DNA of 64,000 bases from assembly GCA_037447435.1 (NCBI GenBank), contig JBBIGR010000008.1, forward strand, positions 64,001 to 128,000. Reading direction: 5' to 3'. Numbering within the stretch: position 1 is the stretch's first letter; the number at the start of each line of letters is the position of its first letter. The translations under genes were made by a program, and so were the position numbers. This document shows positions 9,213 to 19,088 of the stretch, piece by piece. This DNA comes from Fibrobacteria bacterium. GTDB taxonomy: Bacteria > Fibrobacterota > Chitinivibrionia > Chitinivibrionales > FEN-1185. The notes beneath the pieces were generated by a model, which made no database searches, was not told where the DNA came from, and saw only the letters and a list, made by a program, of their open reading frames with translations.

Positions 9213-10163
9213 GTGGTAAATAAAAATTTTGCATTGACCGGTGCTGCGGGGTATATCGCACCGCGGCACATGAAGGCGATAAAGGAAACCGGCAATAATC
9301 TCGTTGCGGCCTGTGATCCAAAAGACTCTGTTGGTGTACTTGACAAGTATTTTTTTAATGCCCGTTTTTTCCAGGAATTCGAAAGGTTTGACAGGCATTT
9401 GGAGAAATTACGACGCAAAGGCGAGAACGAACGGGTGCATTTTGTGAGTATTTGCTCGCCAAATTTTTTACACGATGCTCATATACGCTTTGCACTTCGA
9501 ATTGGGGCTGATGCCATATGCGAAAAGCCGCTTGTAATAAATCCGTGGAACATTGACGCTTTGCTCGAATTACAGCACGAATATGGCAGGAAAATTTATA
9601 CGGTACTTCAGTTACGCCTTCATCCAGCACTTAAAGCGTTAAAAGAAAAGTTTGCTGTAGAAAACAAAGCTGGTAAACATGAAGTAGATCTTACCTACAT
9701 CACCGCGCGAGGCAATTGGTATTTGGTCTCTTGGAAGGGTCAGATGGAACGGTCGGGCGGACTTGCTACAAACATCGGAGTGCATTTTTTTGATTTACTC
9801 ATATGGCTTTTTGGGCCAGTGGAGGGTTTTGAGGTTCATGTTGCCGATGATCAAAAAATCGCAGGATATCTTGAATTGAAACATGCACGGGTAAAATGGT
9901 TTTTGTCAATCGATATCAGCTATGTGCCTGCCCAGGCTGCTGCTGTTGGAAAAACGACGTTTCGATCCATCGTGATAGACGGAAAAGAAGTGGAATTCTC
10001 TGAGGGATTTACAGATTTGCATACGGAGATTTATAAGGATATTCTTGCTGGAAACGGTTTTTTTCCCGAGGATGCAAGGGGCTCTCTCCAATTGGTTCAC
10101 GATATACGAACAACCCTTCCAATCGGGATTACCCCTAATTCTCATAAATTTTTAAATCCATAG
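9213..10163 (+). CDS. wbpB: Gfo/Idh/MocA oxidoreductase, WbpB/WlbA-like UDP-GlcNAcA 3-dehydrogenase
   Basis: FALTGAAGYIAPRHMKAI, SICSPNFLH, CEKP, YITARGNWY..SWKG, GLATNIGVHFFD, FSEGFTDLH. Confidence 0.9.
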   Translation: MVNKNFALTGAAGYIAPRHMKAIKETGNNLVAACDPKDSVGVLDKYFFNARFFQEFERFDRHLEKLRRKGENERVHFVSICSPNFLHDAHIRFALRIGADAICEKPLVINPWNIDALLELQHEYGRKIYTVLQLRLHPALKALKEKFAVENKAGKHEVDLTYITARGNWYLVSWKGQMERSGGLATNIGVHFFDLLIWLFGPVEGFEVHVADDQKIAGYLELKHARVKWFLSIDISYVPAQAAAVGKTTFRSIVIDGKEVEFSEGFTDLHTEIYKDILAGNGFFPEDARGSLQLVHDIRTTLPIGITPNSHKFLNP

Positions 10164-10176
10164 TCAGGAATTCTCA

Positions 10177-10836
10177 TTGTCCTATTTCAAGCATGAATCC
10201 GCATACATCGATGAACCGTGTTCGATAGGTGATGGAACAAAGATTTGGCATTTTTCCCATGTTATGAAAGGTGCAAAAATCGGTACGGAGTGTATACTCG
10301 GGCAAAACGTTCAGATTGCAAATGACGTGGTTATTGGCAATAGAGTGAAAATACAAAACAATGTCTCCGTATATGCGGGAACAATTATTGAAGACAACGT
10401 TTTTTTAGGACCATCTTGTGTTCTGACAAATGTAACTAATCCGCGTTCTGAAGTCAACAGGCATTCCTTATACGAAAAAACAGTCATAAGGCGTGGGGCA
10501 ACGATTGGTGCTAATGCTACTGTTGTTTGCGGCATCATGATAGGGTGCTACGCATTCATTGCGGCGGGCGCAGTTGTTTCAAAAGACGTACCTGATTATG
10601 CTCTCATGATGGGTGTACCGGCGCAGCAAAAAGGATGGATGAGCAGGCATGGACACTATTTAGCCGTTTCGAATAGCCAAGGCATATTCACTTGCCCTGA
10701 AAGCAATTTACATTACAAAATCGAAAACGGTCGAATGAAGTGCATTGATCTTGGTGAAGACGAGATTCTTCCTCTAGCTATGTGTTCAGGCTCAAAGACA
10801 TATGATGAATTTAAACTCCAATCGGCTATAAAATGA
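10177..10836 (+). CDS. wbpD: Hexapeptide-repeat N-acetyltransferase, WbpD/WlbB-like
   Basis: IGDGTKIWHFSHV, LGQNV, KIQNNVSVY, GPSCVLTNVTNPRS, IGANATVVCG. Confidence 0.88.
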   Translation: MSYFKHESAYIDEPCSIGDGTKIWHFSHVMKGAKIGTECILGQNVQIANDVVIGNRVKIQNNVSVYAGTIIEDNVFLGPSCVLTNVTNPRSEVNRHSLYEKTVIRRGATIGANATVVCGIMIGCYAFIAAGAVVSKDVPDYALMMGVPAQQKGWMSRHGHYLAVSNSQGIFTCPESNLHYKIENGRMKCIDLGEDEILPLAMCSGSKTYDEFKLQSAIK

Positions 10837-11921
10837 AAAAAATCCTGACTGTTATTGGTGCTCGTCCTCAATTTATCAAAGCCTCTGTTGTGTCCAAAGC
10901 AATTATTGAAAGCGGCGAGTTTGAAGAGGTGCTTGTTCATACGGGCCAGCATTATGATAACAATATGTCGAAGATATTTTTTGACGAACTGGACATTTTA
11001 CCTCCAAAATATAACCTTGAGATTGGCAGCTGCGGACATGGAGAGCAGACAGGTGAGATGCTTAAACGTCTCGAGCCCATAGTAAATTCCGAAAATCCGG
11101 ACATGGTTCTTATCTATGGCGACACAAATTCCACACTAGCAGGTGCACTAGTAGCTGCAAAAATGAATATCCCGGTAGCACATGTTGAAGCGGGCTTACG
11201 CTCATTCAATAGGAAGATGCCAGAGGAAATAAACAGGGTAATTGCGGATCATATCTCCACGATTCTGTTTTGTCCCACAACGACCGCAGTAAAAAATTTA
11301 AAAAATGAAGGTATTATAAACAATGTTTATATCACTGGTGATGTGATGTATGATGTTGCAATACAATTTGTTGAAAAAGCAAAATCAAAAAGTACTATAT
11401 TGGCCAAACTGTTACTGACATCAAAAGGCTATATTCTGGTAACTATACACCGTGCCGAAAATACTGACGAAAGATTAAGACTTATAAATATCCTCTCGGC
11501 GCTTGAAATACTATCATATAATTCCGTCATTATTTTTCCTATGCATCCTCGCACAAAAAAAATGATTGATTCTTTCGGCTTGAATAATTTTCTGGCGAAT
11601 ATTAAAGTGATTGCCCCTGCGGGATTTCTCGACATGATCAATTTGGAAAGTAATGCAAAACTTATAATGACCGATTCGGGAGGGGTACAGAAAGAAGCCT
11701 ATTTTCACAAGACACCTTGTATAACATTGCGAAATGAGACTGAATGGACAGAAACAGTTGATGCCGGATGGAATGTGGTTGCTGGTAATCGGGATGCTTC
11801 AGACATTGTAAGTCTTGCCAATCGAATGCTAGAGTGGACTGGAAATCGAGAGCAAATTGCTGACTACGGTAACGGATGTTCTGCAAAATCAATTATTACA
11901 CATCTAGCTGCTCTAAAGTAA
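10833..11921 (+). CDS. wecB: Non-hydrolysing UDP-GlcNAc 2-epimerase family (WecB/WbpI-like)
   Basis: GARPQFIK, HTGQHYD, YGDTNSTLA, HVEAGLRS, MPEEINR, HRAENTD, TDSGGVQKEA. Confidence 0.92.
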   Translation: MKKILTVIGARPQFIKASVVSKAIIESGEFEEVLVHTGQHYDNNMSKIFFDELDILPPKYNLEIGSCGHGEQTGEMLKRLEPIVNSENPDMVLIYGDTNSTLAGALVAAKMNIPVAHVEAGLRSFNRKMPEEINRVIADHISTILFCPTTTAVKNLKNEGIINNVYITGDVMYDVAIQFVEKAKSKSTILAKLLLTSKGYILVTIHRAENTDERLRLINILSALEILSYNSVIIFPMHPRTKKMIDSFGLNNFLANIKVIAPAGFLDMINLESNAKLIMTDSGGVQKEAYFHKTPCITLRNETEWTETVDAGWNVVAGNRDASDIVSLANRMLEWTGNREQIADYGNGCSAKSIITHLAALK

Positions 11922-11939
11922 AAGAGGAGGTCAGTTATC

Positions 11940-12746
11940 GTGGGGAAAAAAGTTTTTGTCCTTTTGCCTGCTTTCAATGAAGAAAATTCAATGCGCCAGC
12001 TTATTACGGACATTTCTGAGTATATGCGGGTTAAGAAATTTGACTACCACATAATTGTTTGCAACGACGGAAGCAATGATAAGACCGGGGATGAGCTTGC
12101 CAGACTATCGAAAGAATTCCCGTTTGAAATTCTAACCCATAAGTTGAATCGTGGTTTGGGAGAAACAGCACGTGACCTTTTTGAACGAGCAGCCGAGCTG
12201 TCTAAGATTGGGGACTATATTGTACGCCTTGACGCGGACAACACCCATGAACCTCAAAATATTGGAAATCTGATTAACAAACTTGAAGAGGGCTTTGACG
12301 TTGTGACTGCATCTCGGTTCCAAAAAGGCGGTGGTCAACATGGTGTAAGTGCTTATCGAGCGCTTATATCAAACTGCGCCCAGATTTTCATGAAATTTAT
12401 ATTTGGGTTCAAAGGAATGAGGGAATTTTCATGTGGATTCAGAGTTTACCGAGCAGAAATTATTAAAAAAGCCATTGAATTTTATGGCAATAATTTTATT
12501 CAATTAAAAGGAATGGGATTTACTGGAACGCTTGAAAAAATGGTAAAGCTTAAATTGCTCAACGCAAGGTTTGCAGAAGTCGGATTTCAATTGCGGTACG
12601 ACAAAAAAACCAGCTATAGCAAAATGATAACAAGTATTACTACTTTGGGATATTTAGCAATGGCGCTTTTTTACCACTGGCCTTGGGGTGGGTGGAAATT
12701 TGGATATAAAAAACTTTTGAGGGAATATGACAAAAGATCTAAATGA
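11940..12746 (+). CDS. GT2 glycosyltransferase, Dpm1/ArnC/GtrB-like
   Basis: LPAFNEE, NDGSNDKT, NRGLG, LDADNTH, DVVTASRF, EFSCGFRVYR. Confidence 0.85.
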   Translation: MGKKVFVLLPAFNEENSMRQLITDISEYMRVKKFDYHIIVCNDGSNDKTGDELARLSKEFPFEILTHKLNRGLGETARDLFERAAELSKIGDYIVRLDADNTHEPQNIGNLINKLEEGFDVVTASRFQKGGGQHGVSAYRALISNCAQIFMKFIFGFKGMREFSCGFRVYRAEIIKKAIEFYGNNFIQLKGMGFTGTLEKMVKLKLLNARFAEVGFQLRYDKKTSYSKMITSITTLGYLAMALFYHWPWGGWKFGYKKLLREYDKRSK

Positions 12747-13554
12747 GGTTAGACATTTTTGGGAAGAGAATCCATTATTTAGTGGTGAAGCAAAGAATCC
12801 ACTTGGGACGAAGGGTTTTTTTGAAGAGCATCGAAACGTTTATATAAATGATTGTTTTGCCGGCACATTAGATGACAAGCTATTTCCTGAAAAAATAAAA
12901 AATGAAAAAATATTAGATTTAGGATGCGGTGTCGGGATGTGGGCAACTGAATTTGGTCTTGTCGGGTATGCAAACATTACTGCGGCAGACTTGACTATAA
13001 GTGGATTGCTTCTTACAAGGCAAAGAGCAGCAATAAATGACATTAAATTGGACTTGTGTCAGGCTAATGCAGAAAAGTTACCATTAAAGAATGCAACTTT
13101 TTCACATGTGAATTGCCAGGGAGTAATACATCATACGCCTAATACAGCTGCTTGCGTAGAAGAAATAGCCAGAGTATTGCAAAAAAACGGTACAGCCATT
13201 ATTTCAGTTTATTATAGGAATATATTTCTAAGATTATGGCCGCTCTTTAAATGGGTAAGCAAAATTGTTTATTCTATTGGTGGAAAACTTCGCGGACGTG
13301 GAAGAGATGGAATATTCAATATTGATGACCCAGATGAAGTAGTGCGGCTATATGATGGCAAATTAAATCCAATAGGGAAAAGCTATTCAAAAAAAAAAAT
13401 TATCGAGTTGCTAACCCCAGCATTTGTCATTGAAGAAATATTTTACCATTTCTTTCCAGCAAGAGCATTGCCTTTTAAAATTCCAAAATTCATTCACAAA
13501 GTTCTAGACCAAACTTTCCCATTTATGATATTTGTAAAATTAAGGAAGAAATAA
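12727..13554 (+). CDS. Class I SAM-dependent methyltransferase
   Basis: ILDLGCGVG, ANAEKLPL, GVIHHTP, EIARVLQKNG. Confidence 0.88.
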   Translation: MTKDLNEVRHFWEENPLFSGEAKNPLGTKGFFEEHRNVYINDCFAGTLDDKLFPEKIKNEKILDLGCGVGMWATEFGLVGYANITAADLTISGLLLTRQRAAINDIKLDLCQANAEKLPLKNATFSHVNCQGVIHHTPNTAACVEEIARVLQKNGTAIISVYYRNIFLRLWPLFKWVSKIVYSIGGKLRGRGRDGIFNIDDPDEVVRLYDGKLNPIGKSYSKKKIIELLTPAFVIEEIFYHFFPARALPFKIPKFIHKVLDQTFPFMIFVKLRKK

Positions 13555-15438
13555 ATGTGTGGGATTGCCGGAATTTTTAATATCGATGATGATGTTAAGC
13601 CACAAATACTAAAGGATATGGCAGAAACGATTAATCATCGTGGCCCCGACGCAAGCGGTGAATTTATTCGAGGCAAAACAGGTGTAGCTCATAAACGCTT
13701 ATCAATTATTGATATCCAATCCGGTCAACAGCCAATGTGGGACAAAGAGCATCGCTATATTATAGTTTTCAATGGCGAAATATATAATTATCTTGAGCTT
13801 CGCCAGGAGTTAGTACAGGCTGGCTGTGCGCTTGTCACACATTCTGATACAGAAGTATTGTTGAATCTTTATATTATTCATGGTCCCGCTTGTTTGCAGA
13901 GATGTATCGGGATGTTCGCTTTTGCTATTTATGACATTAAGGAACAAACGGCGTTCCTTGCAGTAGACCGATTTGGCATAAAACCTTTATATTATATAGA
14001 GTCAAAAGATGGTTTTCTTTTTGCTTCGGAAATAAAAGCGTTACTAAAACATCCTGCTGTAAAGGCTGGTGTAAATAGCGGTGCCATGTATGAATATCTC
14101 ACGTTTCAGTTCTTTCTTTATGATCGAACGCTTTTCCATGGAATACGCAAGCTTGAACCGGGAACATTTCTAATTATAAAAAATGGAAAAATAGAGCGAA
14201 AGAGCATTTACTGGGAGTTGAAATTCGATATAGATTCACATCATACCGAAGATTATTTTATTGAAAAGCTTGGGTTTCTGTTACAAGATTCTGTTCGTTT
14301 GCAATTGAGAAGCGATGTGCCGGTTGGCGCTTATCTTTCAGGCGGTCTCGATTCTTCCGCAATCACCTGCTATGCTTCTCAACTTCTTGGCACGCCCATT
14401 TCTACATTTACAGGAGGATTTAAAGAATCAGATCAGTATGATGAATCCGGGTATGCGCGAATCGTGTCGGAAGCAGAAAAAACTTTACATCATGAAGTCT
14501 TTCCCACGGCGCAGGACTTCGTCGACATTATTGGAAAACTGATTTATTTTATGGATCAGCCCGCAGCCGGTCCGGGATTATTCCCGCAATATTTTGTATC
14601 GAAAATGGCTTCTCAAAATGTAAAAGTTGTGCTGGGAGGACAGGGCGGAGATGAGATTTTTGGAGGATATGCTAGATATCTTGTTGCGTATCTAGAGCAG
14701 TGTCTGAAATCTGCTATTTATGAACAGCATGAAGAAGGCCGGTTTGTTGTTACGCTCGGAACCATAATTCCAAATTTGTCTTTGCTTAAAAATTATGTTC
14801 CGTTGATTAAAAACTTTTGGTCCAATGGAATTTTTGAGCCAATGGATAAGCGATATTTTCAGCTTATAAATAGGCTGAAAGGGAACGCAAAATTATTCTC
14901 CCCTGATTTCTTAAAATCATACGACGAATCTAAATCTTTTGAAACCTTTGCTGCATTGTTCAATCAGCCTGAAACAAAATCCTATTTCAACAAAATGACA
15001 TGCTTTGATATGCGCACACTTCTCCCCGCTTTATTGCAGGTAGAAGACCGCATGAGTATGGCCGTTTCGCTTGAATCAAGAGTTCCGCTTCTGGATCATA
15101 GGATTGTTGAGCTTGTGGCGTCCATGCCACCAACGCTCAAATTTGCAGAAGGAAAAACAAAGCAAGTTTTTCGTCAAGTTGTTAAGGATCGTGTTCCTCC
15201 CGCAATATTAAACCGCAAAGATAAGATGGGCTTTCCTGTTCCATTATCTGAATGGTTTAAAGCTGGAGTAGTGCGCGATTTTGTCCTTGATACATTGCTG
15301 TCCGACAAATCGAAAAACCGCGGTCTTCTTAACCAAAGCGAAATTACGAATTATCTTGAACAGGAAAAGCCATTTGACAGAGGGCTTTGGGGTGCTCTAT
15401 GCCTTGAGCTCTGGTATCAAAATTTCATTGACGTGTAA
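13555..15438 (+). CDS. asnB: AsnB-like glutamine-dependent amidotransferase (WbpS type), copy 1
   Basis: N-terminal MCGI, HRGPD, RLSIID, FNGEIYN, YLSGGLDSS, GGDEIFGGY, EDRMSMAVSLESRVPLLD. Confidence 0.92.
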   Translation: MCGIAGIFNIDDDVKPQILKDMAETINHRGPDASGEFIRGKTGVAHKRLSIIDIQSGQQPMWDKEHRYIIVFNGEIYNYLELRQELVQAGCALVTHSDTEVLLNLYIIHGPACLQRCIGMFAFAIYDIKEQTAFLAVDRFGIKPLYYIESKDGFLFASEIKALLKHPAVKAGVNSGAMYEYLTFQFFLYDRTLFHGIRKLEPGTFLIIKNGKIERKSIYWELKFDIDSHHTEDYFIEKLGFLLQDSVRLQLRSDVPVGAYLSGGLDSSAITCYASQLLGTPISTFTGGFKESDQYDESGYARIVSEAEKTLHHEVFPTAQDFVDIIGKLIYFMDQPAAGPGLFPQYFVSKMASQNVKVVLGGQGGDEIFGGYARYLVAYLEQCLKSAIYEQHEEGRFVVTLGTIIPNLSLLKNYVPLIKNFWSNGIFEPMDKRYFQLINRLKGNAKLFSPDFLKSYDESKSFETFAALFNQPETKSYFNKMTCFDMRTLLPALLQVEDRMSMAVSLESRVPLLDHRIVELVASMPPTLKFAEGKTKQVFRQVVKDRVPPAILNRKDKMGFPVPLSEWFKAGVVRDFVLDTLLSDKSKNRGLLNQSEITNYLEQEKPFDRGLWGALCLELWYQNFIDV

Positions 15439-15467
15439 CGCTAATATGTTTTCACTTCATTAATTGG

Positions 15468-16766
15468 ATGGATAAACGGCTTTATATTATAGAGAGCTTG
15501 TCACAATATTGGACTGATAATTTTGCTCCAATAGTAGCGCTTCCTATTCCAACAGCACTTAAAGGCGAAAGCAATACGTTGCCTCCGGAAGTAGTGGAAA
15601 TCCGTCTTCCGGCATGGGCTGAACGGGTCGGCGTCGATGGAAACCTGTTAGTACCCAAGTATTGCGTTTGTAATGGTAATCAAGAAGCCTGGAAAAGGGT
15701 CGATTGGCTTGAATCTGCTTTCTGGTATTTGAATAATTTAGCTGAACGAGAGTTGGAAAAATTAAAAGGGCCCGTCCATTCATACTCGTTTCGCCTTGTC
15801 AATTGGGATAAACGTATTTGGCAGAGAGCGTGGGTAAATCGGATTGCTCTCTTTTTGAGGAAATGGGCATCTATTGATAATGGTTTATCGGAAGATGCTT
15901 TGCTCGGCGTGCTACCTGAAACAAAAATCCTTCTGACGCATGACGTTGACGCAATAAAAAAGACGCTGGCAATAAGGCTTAAGCAGACCTTATTCCATTG
16001 TTTTAATGCTGTTCGTGCTTTGACAAGGGGAGATTTAAAAACTTCAATAATTAAATTGGCACATTCGCAACGCTTTTTTTATGGAAAAAGTAAATATTGG
16101 CTGTTTGAAGATTTAATGGAAGTTGAAAGAAAATATCACAAAAAGAGTATTTTTTTATTTTACGGTGGAAAACCCTCAAATCAGAAATCCATAGTTGAGT
16201 GGCTTTTTGATCCTTCTTACGATCCAAACGATACGAGTTTGAAAGAGCTTGCGAATGAGATGATCCGGCAAGGCTGTAGCATTGGGCTTCACCCTTCATT
16301 TACTTCATGGGAAGACAGAGACAAATTAAATAAAGCTCGTGAAAATCTCGAACGGTCTTTTGGCATTCCAATTCGAATGTGCCGCCAACATTGGCTACGT
16401 TTTTCTTTTGAAAGCACATGGAGGGCTCAGGAGGATGCGATGCTTACGCACGATTTTACGCTTTCATTCAATGACATTTCGGGATTAAGAAATGGCGCAG
16501 CAATTACCTTCCATCCATGGGATTTTACAAAAGACCAGCCAATGAAACTAGTTGCAACAGCAACAGTGTTTATGGATTCGCAGTTTTACGACTATATCAA
16601 CATGACTGATGATAAAAGAAAAAACCAAATTAGGTATTGGCTCAATGAAATTCAAGAAGTACATGGCACTGCAGCGATATTATGGCATCAGCATACATTT
16701 AGCGATGATTACGGATGGAAAACGGGATATAAGGAAATGCTAGATAACCTTAAGGATGCAAAATGA
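15468..16766 (+). CDS. Polysaccharide deacetylase (NodB-like) family protein with an N-terminal extension
   Basis: LLTHDVD, IGLHPS, RQHWLRF, GLRNG, FMD and ILWHQ motifs in the C-terminal two thirds. Confidence 0.75.
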   Translation: MDKRLYIIESLSQYWTDNFAPIVALPIPTALKGESNTLPPEVVEIRLPAWAERVGVDGNLLVPKYCVCNGNQEAWKRVDWLESAFWYLNNLAERELEKLKGPVHSYSFRLVNWDKRIWQRAWVNRIALFLRKWASIDNGLSEDALLGVLPETKILLTHDVDAIKKTLAIRLKQTLFHCFNAVRALTRGDLKTSIIKLAHSQRFFYGKSKYWLFEDLMEVERKYHKKSIFLFYGGKPSNQKSIVEWLFDPSYDPNDTSLKELANEMIRQGCSIGLHPSFTSWEDRDKLNKARENLERSFGIPIRMCRQHWLRFSFESTWRAQEDAMLTHDFTLSFNDISGLRNGAAITFHPWDFTKDQPMKLVATATVFMDSQFYDYINMTDDKRKNQIRYWLNEIQEVHGTAAILWHQHTFSDDYGWKTGYKEMLDNLKDAK

Positions 16767-17536
16767 GTTCTTTTAGAATTGGAAAATATTTACCCTATTT
16801 CGTGTCGAAACGTTTGTTTGGGGATAGAACAAAATTCGGGCTTACTATAATACCTGAAGATTCAGATTGGCAAGAATGGGAAAAACGATTTCTTGAATTT
16901 TATTATGTAAATCAAAAAGCCTCGGTTGGAAAGATAGTAAATGATGCGGGATATAAAGTTCTTAATTCTGTTTCTATGGACACAAAAAAAATCTTGGAGA
17001 TTGGTCCCGGAGACATTCCTCATTTTAGGTTCTGGAATGGAAAACCTGCAGAGTATGTCATGGCTGATGTAAGTCAAGAAATGCTTGCTAAAGCAGAAAA
17101 CACATTGCGCGATAATGATATTCCTTATGAAAAGATTCATTTGATTCGGAAAGACGCAAATAAATTGCCGTTTCCCGATAAATCCTTTGATATCATTCTG
17201 TCTTTTTATTCCTTGGAACATATGGCCGATTTACAGACTTATATAGATGAATTGATCAGAGTGCTAGTACCAGGCGGCGTTCTGGTGGGTGCAATACCTT
17301 GTGAAGGAGGATTAGGATGGGGTTTGGGGCGTTTTATTACAAGTAGAAGGTGGCTTCTAAAAAACACTACAATAAATCCAGATAAAATAATCTGCTGGGA
17401 GCATCCAGGATTTGCAGACCGGATTTTGAATGCACTACGAATAAAGATGAAGGAAAAATATCTGTCTTTTTGGCCCTTGGGAATTTCATCAGTTGATCTA
17501 AACTTAGTTGTTAAATTCATTTATGAACGAGAATAA
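16763..17536 (+). CDS. Class I SAM-dependent methyltransferase
   Basis: ILEIGPG, DVSQEML, LPFPDKSFD, YSLEH, RVLVPGG. ATGA overlap with the upstream gene. Confidence 0.88.
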   Translation: MSSFRIGKYLPYFVSKRLFGDRTKFGLTIIPEDSDWQEWEKRFLEFYYVNQKASVGKIVNDAGYKVLNSVSMDTKKILEIGPGDIPHFRFWNGKPAEYVMADVSQEMLAKAENTLRDNDIPYEKIHLIRKDANKLPFPDKSFDIILSFYSLEHMADLQTYIDELIRVLVPGGVLVGAIPCEGGLGWGLGRFITSRRWLLKNTTINPDKIICWEHPGFADRILNALRIKMKEKYLSFWPLGISSVDLNLVVKFIYERE

Positions 17537-19088
17537 TTCTTACCTAAAGCAGATTTATAATTCATTGCCGCGTCTTCTGGCATTATTCGACAATGATGAG
17601 AATAGCCTTACTTATGGTTTGGCTGACCGATATTTTTGGGCTTGGAAATTAATTGACTTTGGCAATGGTACATTTCAAGGAGCTGCGAATGGGTTGGCTA
17701 GGCTTTTAAAAGAAAGCTTATTGCCAGAACCAATAGCACGACGATCTGTTTTAAAACGTATCGACAGCATTTTTTCAGGTACGGATTTTTTACGGAGACG
17801 GAACGGCAGTATGGAGGAAGCCTGGCCATTTGAATCGTCTTATTGTGTTACAGCTCTTGTGGCGTACGATTTGCTTACGGCAGTAGAATTACTTGGCGAG
17901 GAAATAGACGCGTTAGTAAAGAAAAGATATCTTGCTGTCATTTCCCCTATGATCCATTTCCTTGAAAAAGGAGAAGAAACACATGCTTTTATTTCTAATC
18001 ATCTTGCTACCGCATGCGCAGCTTTGTTTAAATGGACGTTAATAACCAGCGAAGAATCGAAAAAAGCCAATAAAATATTGAGTTCGATCATCCGAAATCA
18101 ATCTATCGAAGGTTGGTTTTTAGAATATGAAGGCGCGGACCTGGGATACCAAACTTTATGTATGCATTATTTGGCTGATGTTCACAGGATGCGGCCCGAT
18201 CTTAATTTAACACATTCACTTGCCAAATCGATTGAGTTCTTAGCTCATTTTGCATTTCCGGATGGGTCTTTCGGTGGCAATTTCGGGAGTAGAAATACAA
18301 GGTTTTATTACCCCTCTGGTATTGAATATTTAAAAAAGGAAATTCCGGCAGCAAGCGCACTAGCACGATTTATGAGTAAGTCAATTGGGCGTAACAACAC
18401 TGTAACTTTGGCTGCTATGGATGAGCCGAATTTGATTCCAATGTTTAATTCTTATTGTTGGGCTGCTTCAATTGCCGCCAAAGAAAATGGCTCGTTGGAA
18501 AGTGACGAGCAAATTCCTCAGATTAATCATCAAAAAACCTATAGATATACTTTCAAAGAAGCTGGGCTTGTTGTCGATAAAGCTGTTAACAGATATACTG
18601 TGATATCTTGGAATAAGGGTGGTGTCATTTATAATTACGATTTTGAAAAGAAGGCCATGGAAATAGATTGCGGATTGATACTGAAGTCAAAATCGGGAAA
18701 ACTTTTCAGTACGCAAGCATATAATATAAAGAACAAGTTTGAAATTACTGAAAACGAAATGGTTGTTCAGGCAATATTTAATGAGATGCACAAACAACTA
18801 CCAACACCTTTGCAGTTTATTGTTTTAAGACTTATGGCGCTTACAATAATGAAGAATGCCCGACTTGGAAATTTTATAAAGAATATCCTTGTGAGAATCC
18901 TAATTACCAATAAAAAATCATGTAAAGTCTCAAATACGAGAAGAATTGAAATGGGATCAAAATTAGCCATCGTTGATTCTCAAAAAGGAGAAGTAAACAA
19001 GTTTTCTTTAATTAAGCCGGAGAGTCCTTTCAGTGCGATTCATATGGCAAGCCAAGGATATTGGCAGATTCAGGACGACAAGAAATGA
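17523..19088 (+). CDS. Hypothetical protein, probable (alpha/alpha) toroid resembling the heparinase II/III N-terminal domain
   Basis: Long coupled ORF. Motifs RRNGS, ISNH, QSIEGWFLEY..DLGY and FPDGS resemble the NH...G..E...Y...PDG pattern. Confidence 0.5.
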   Translation: MNENNSYLKQIYNSLPRLLALFDNDENSLTYGLADRYFWAWKLIDFGNGTFQGAANGLARLLKESLLPEPIARRSVLKRIDSIFSGTDFLRRRNGSMEEAWPFESSYCVTALVAYDLLTAVELLGEEIDALVKKRYLAVISPMIHFLEKGEETHAFISNHLATACAALFKWTLITSEESKKANKILSSIIRNQSIEGWFLEYEGADLGYQTLCMHYLADVHRMRPDLNLTHSLAKSIEFLAHFAFPDGSFGGNFGSRNTRFYYPSGIEYLKKEIPAASALARFMSKSIGRNNTVTLAAMDEPNLIPMFNSYCWAASIAAKENGSLESDEQIPQINHQKTYRYTFKEAGLVVDKAVNRYTVISWNKGGVIYNYDFEKKAMEIDCGLILKSKSGKLFSTQAYNIKNKFEITENEMVVQAIFNEMHKQLPTPLQFIVLRLMALTIMKNARLGNFIKNILVRILITNKKSCKVSNTRRIEMGSKLAIVDSQKGEVNKFSLIKPESPFSAIHMASQGYWQIQDDKK

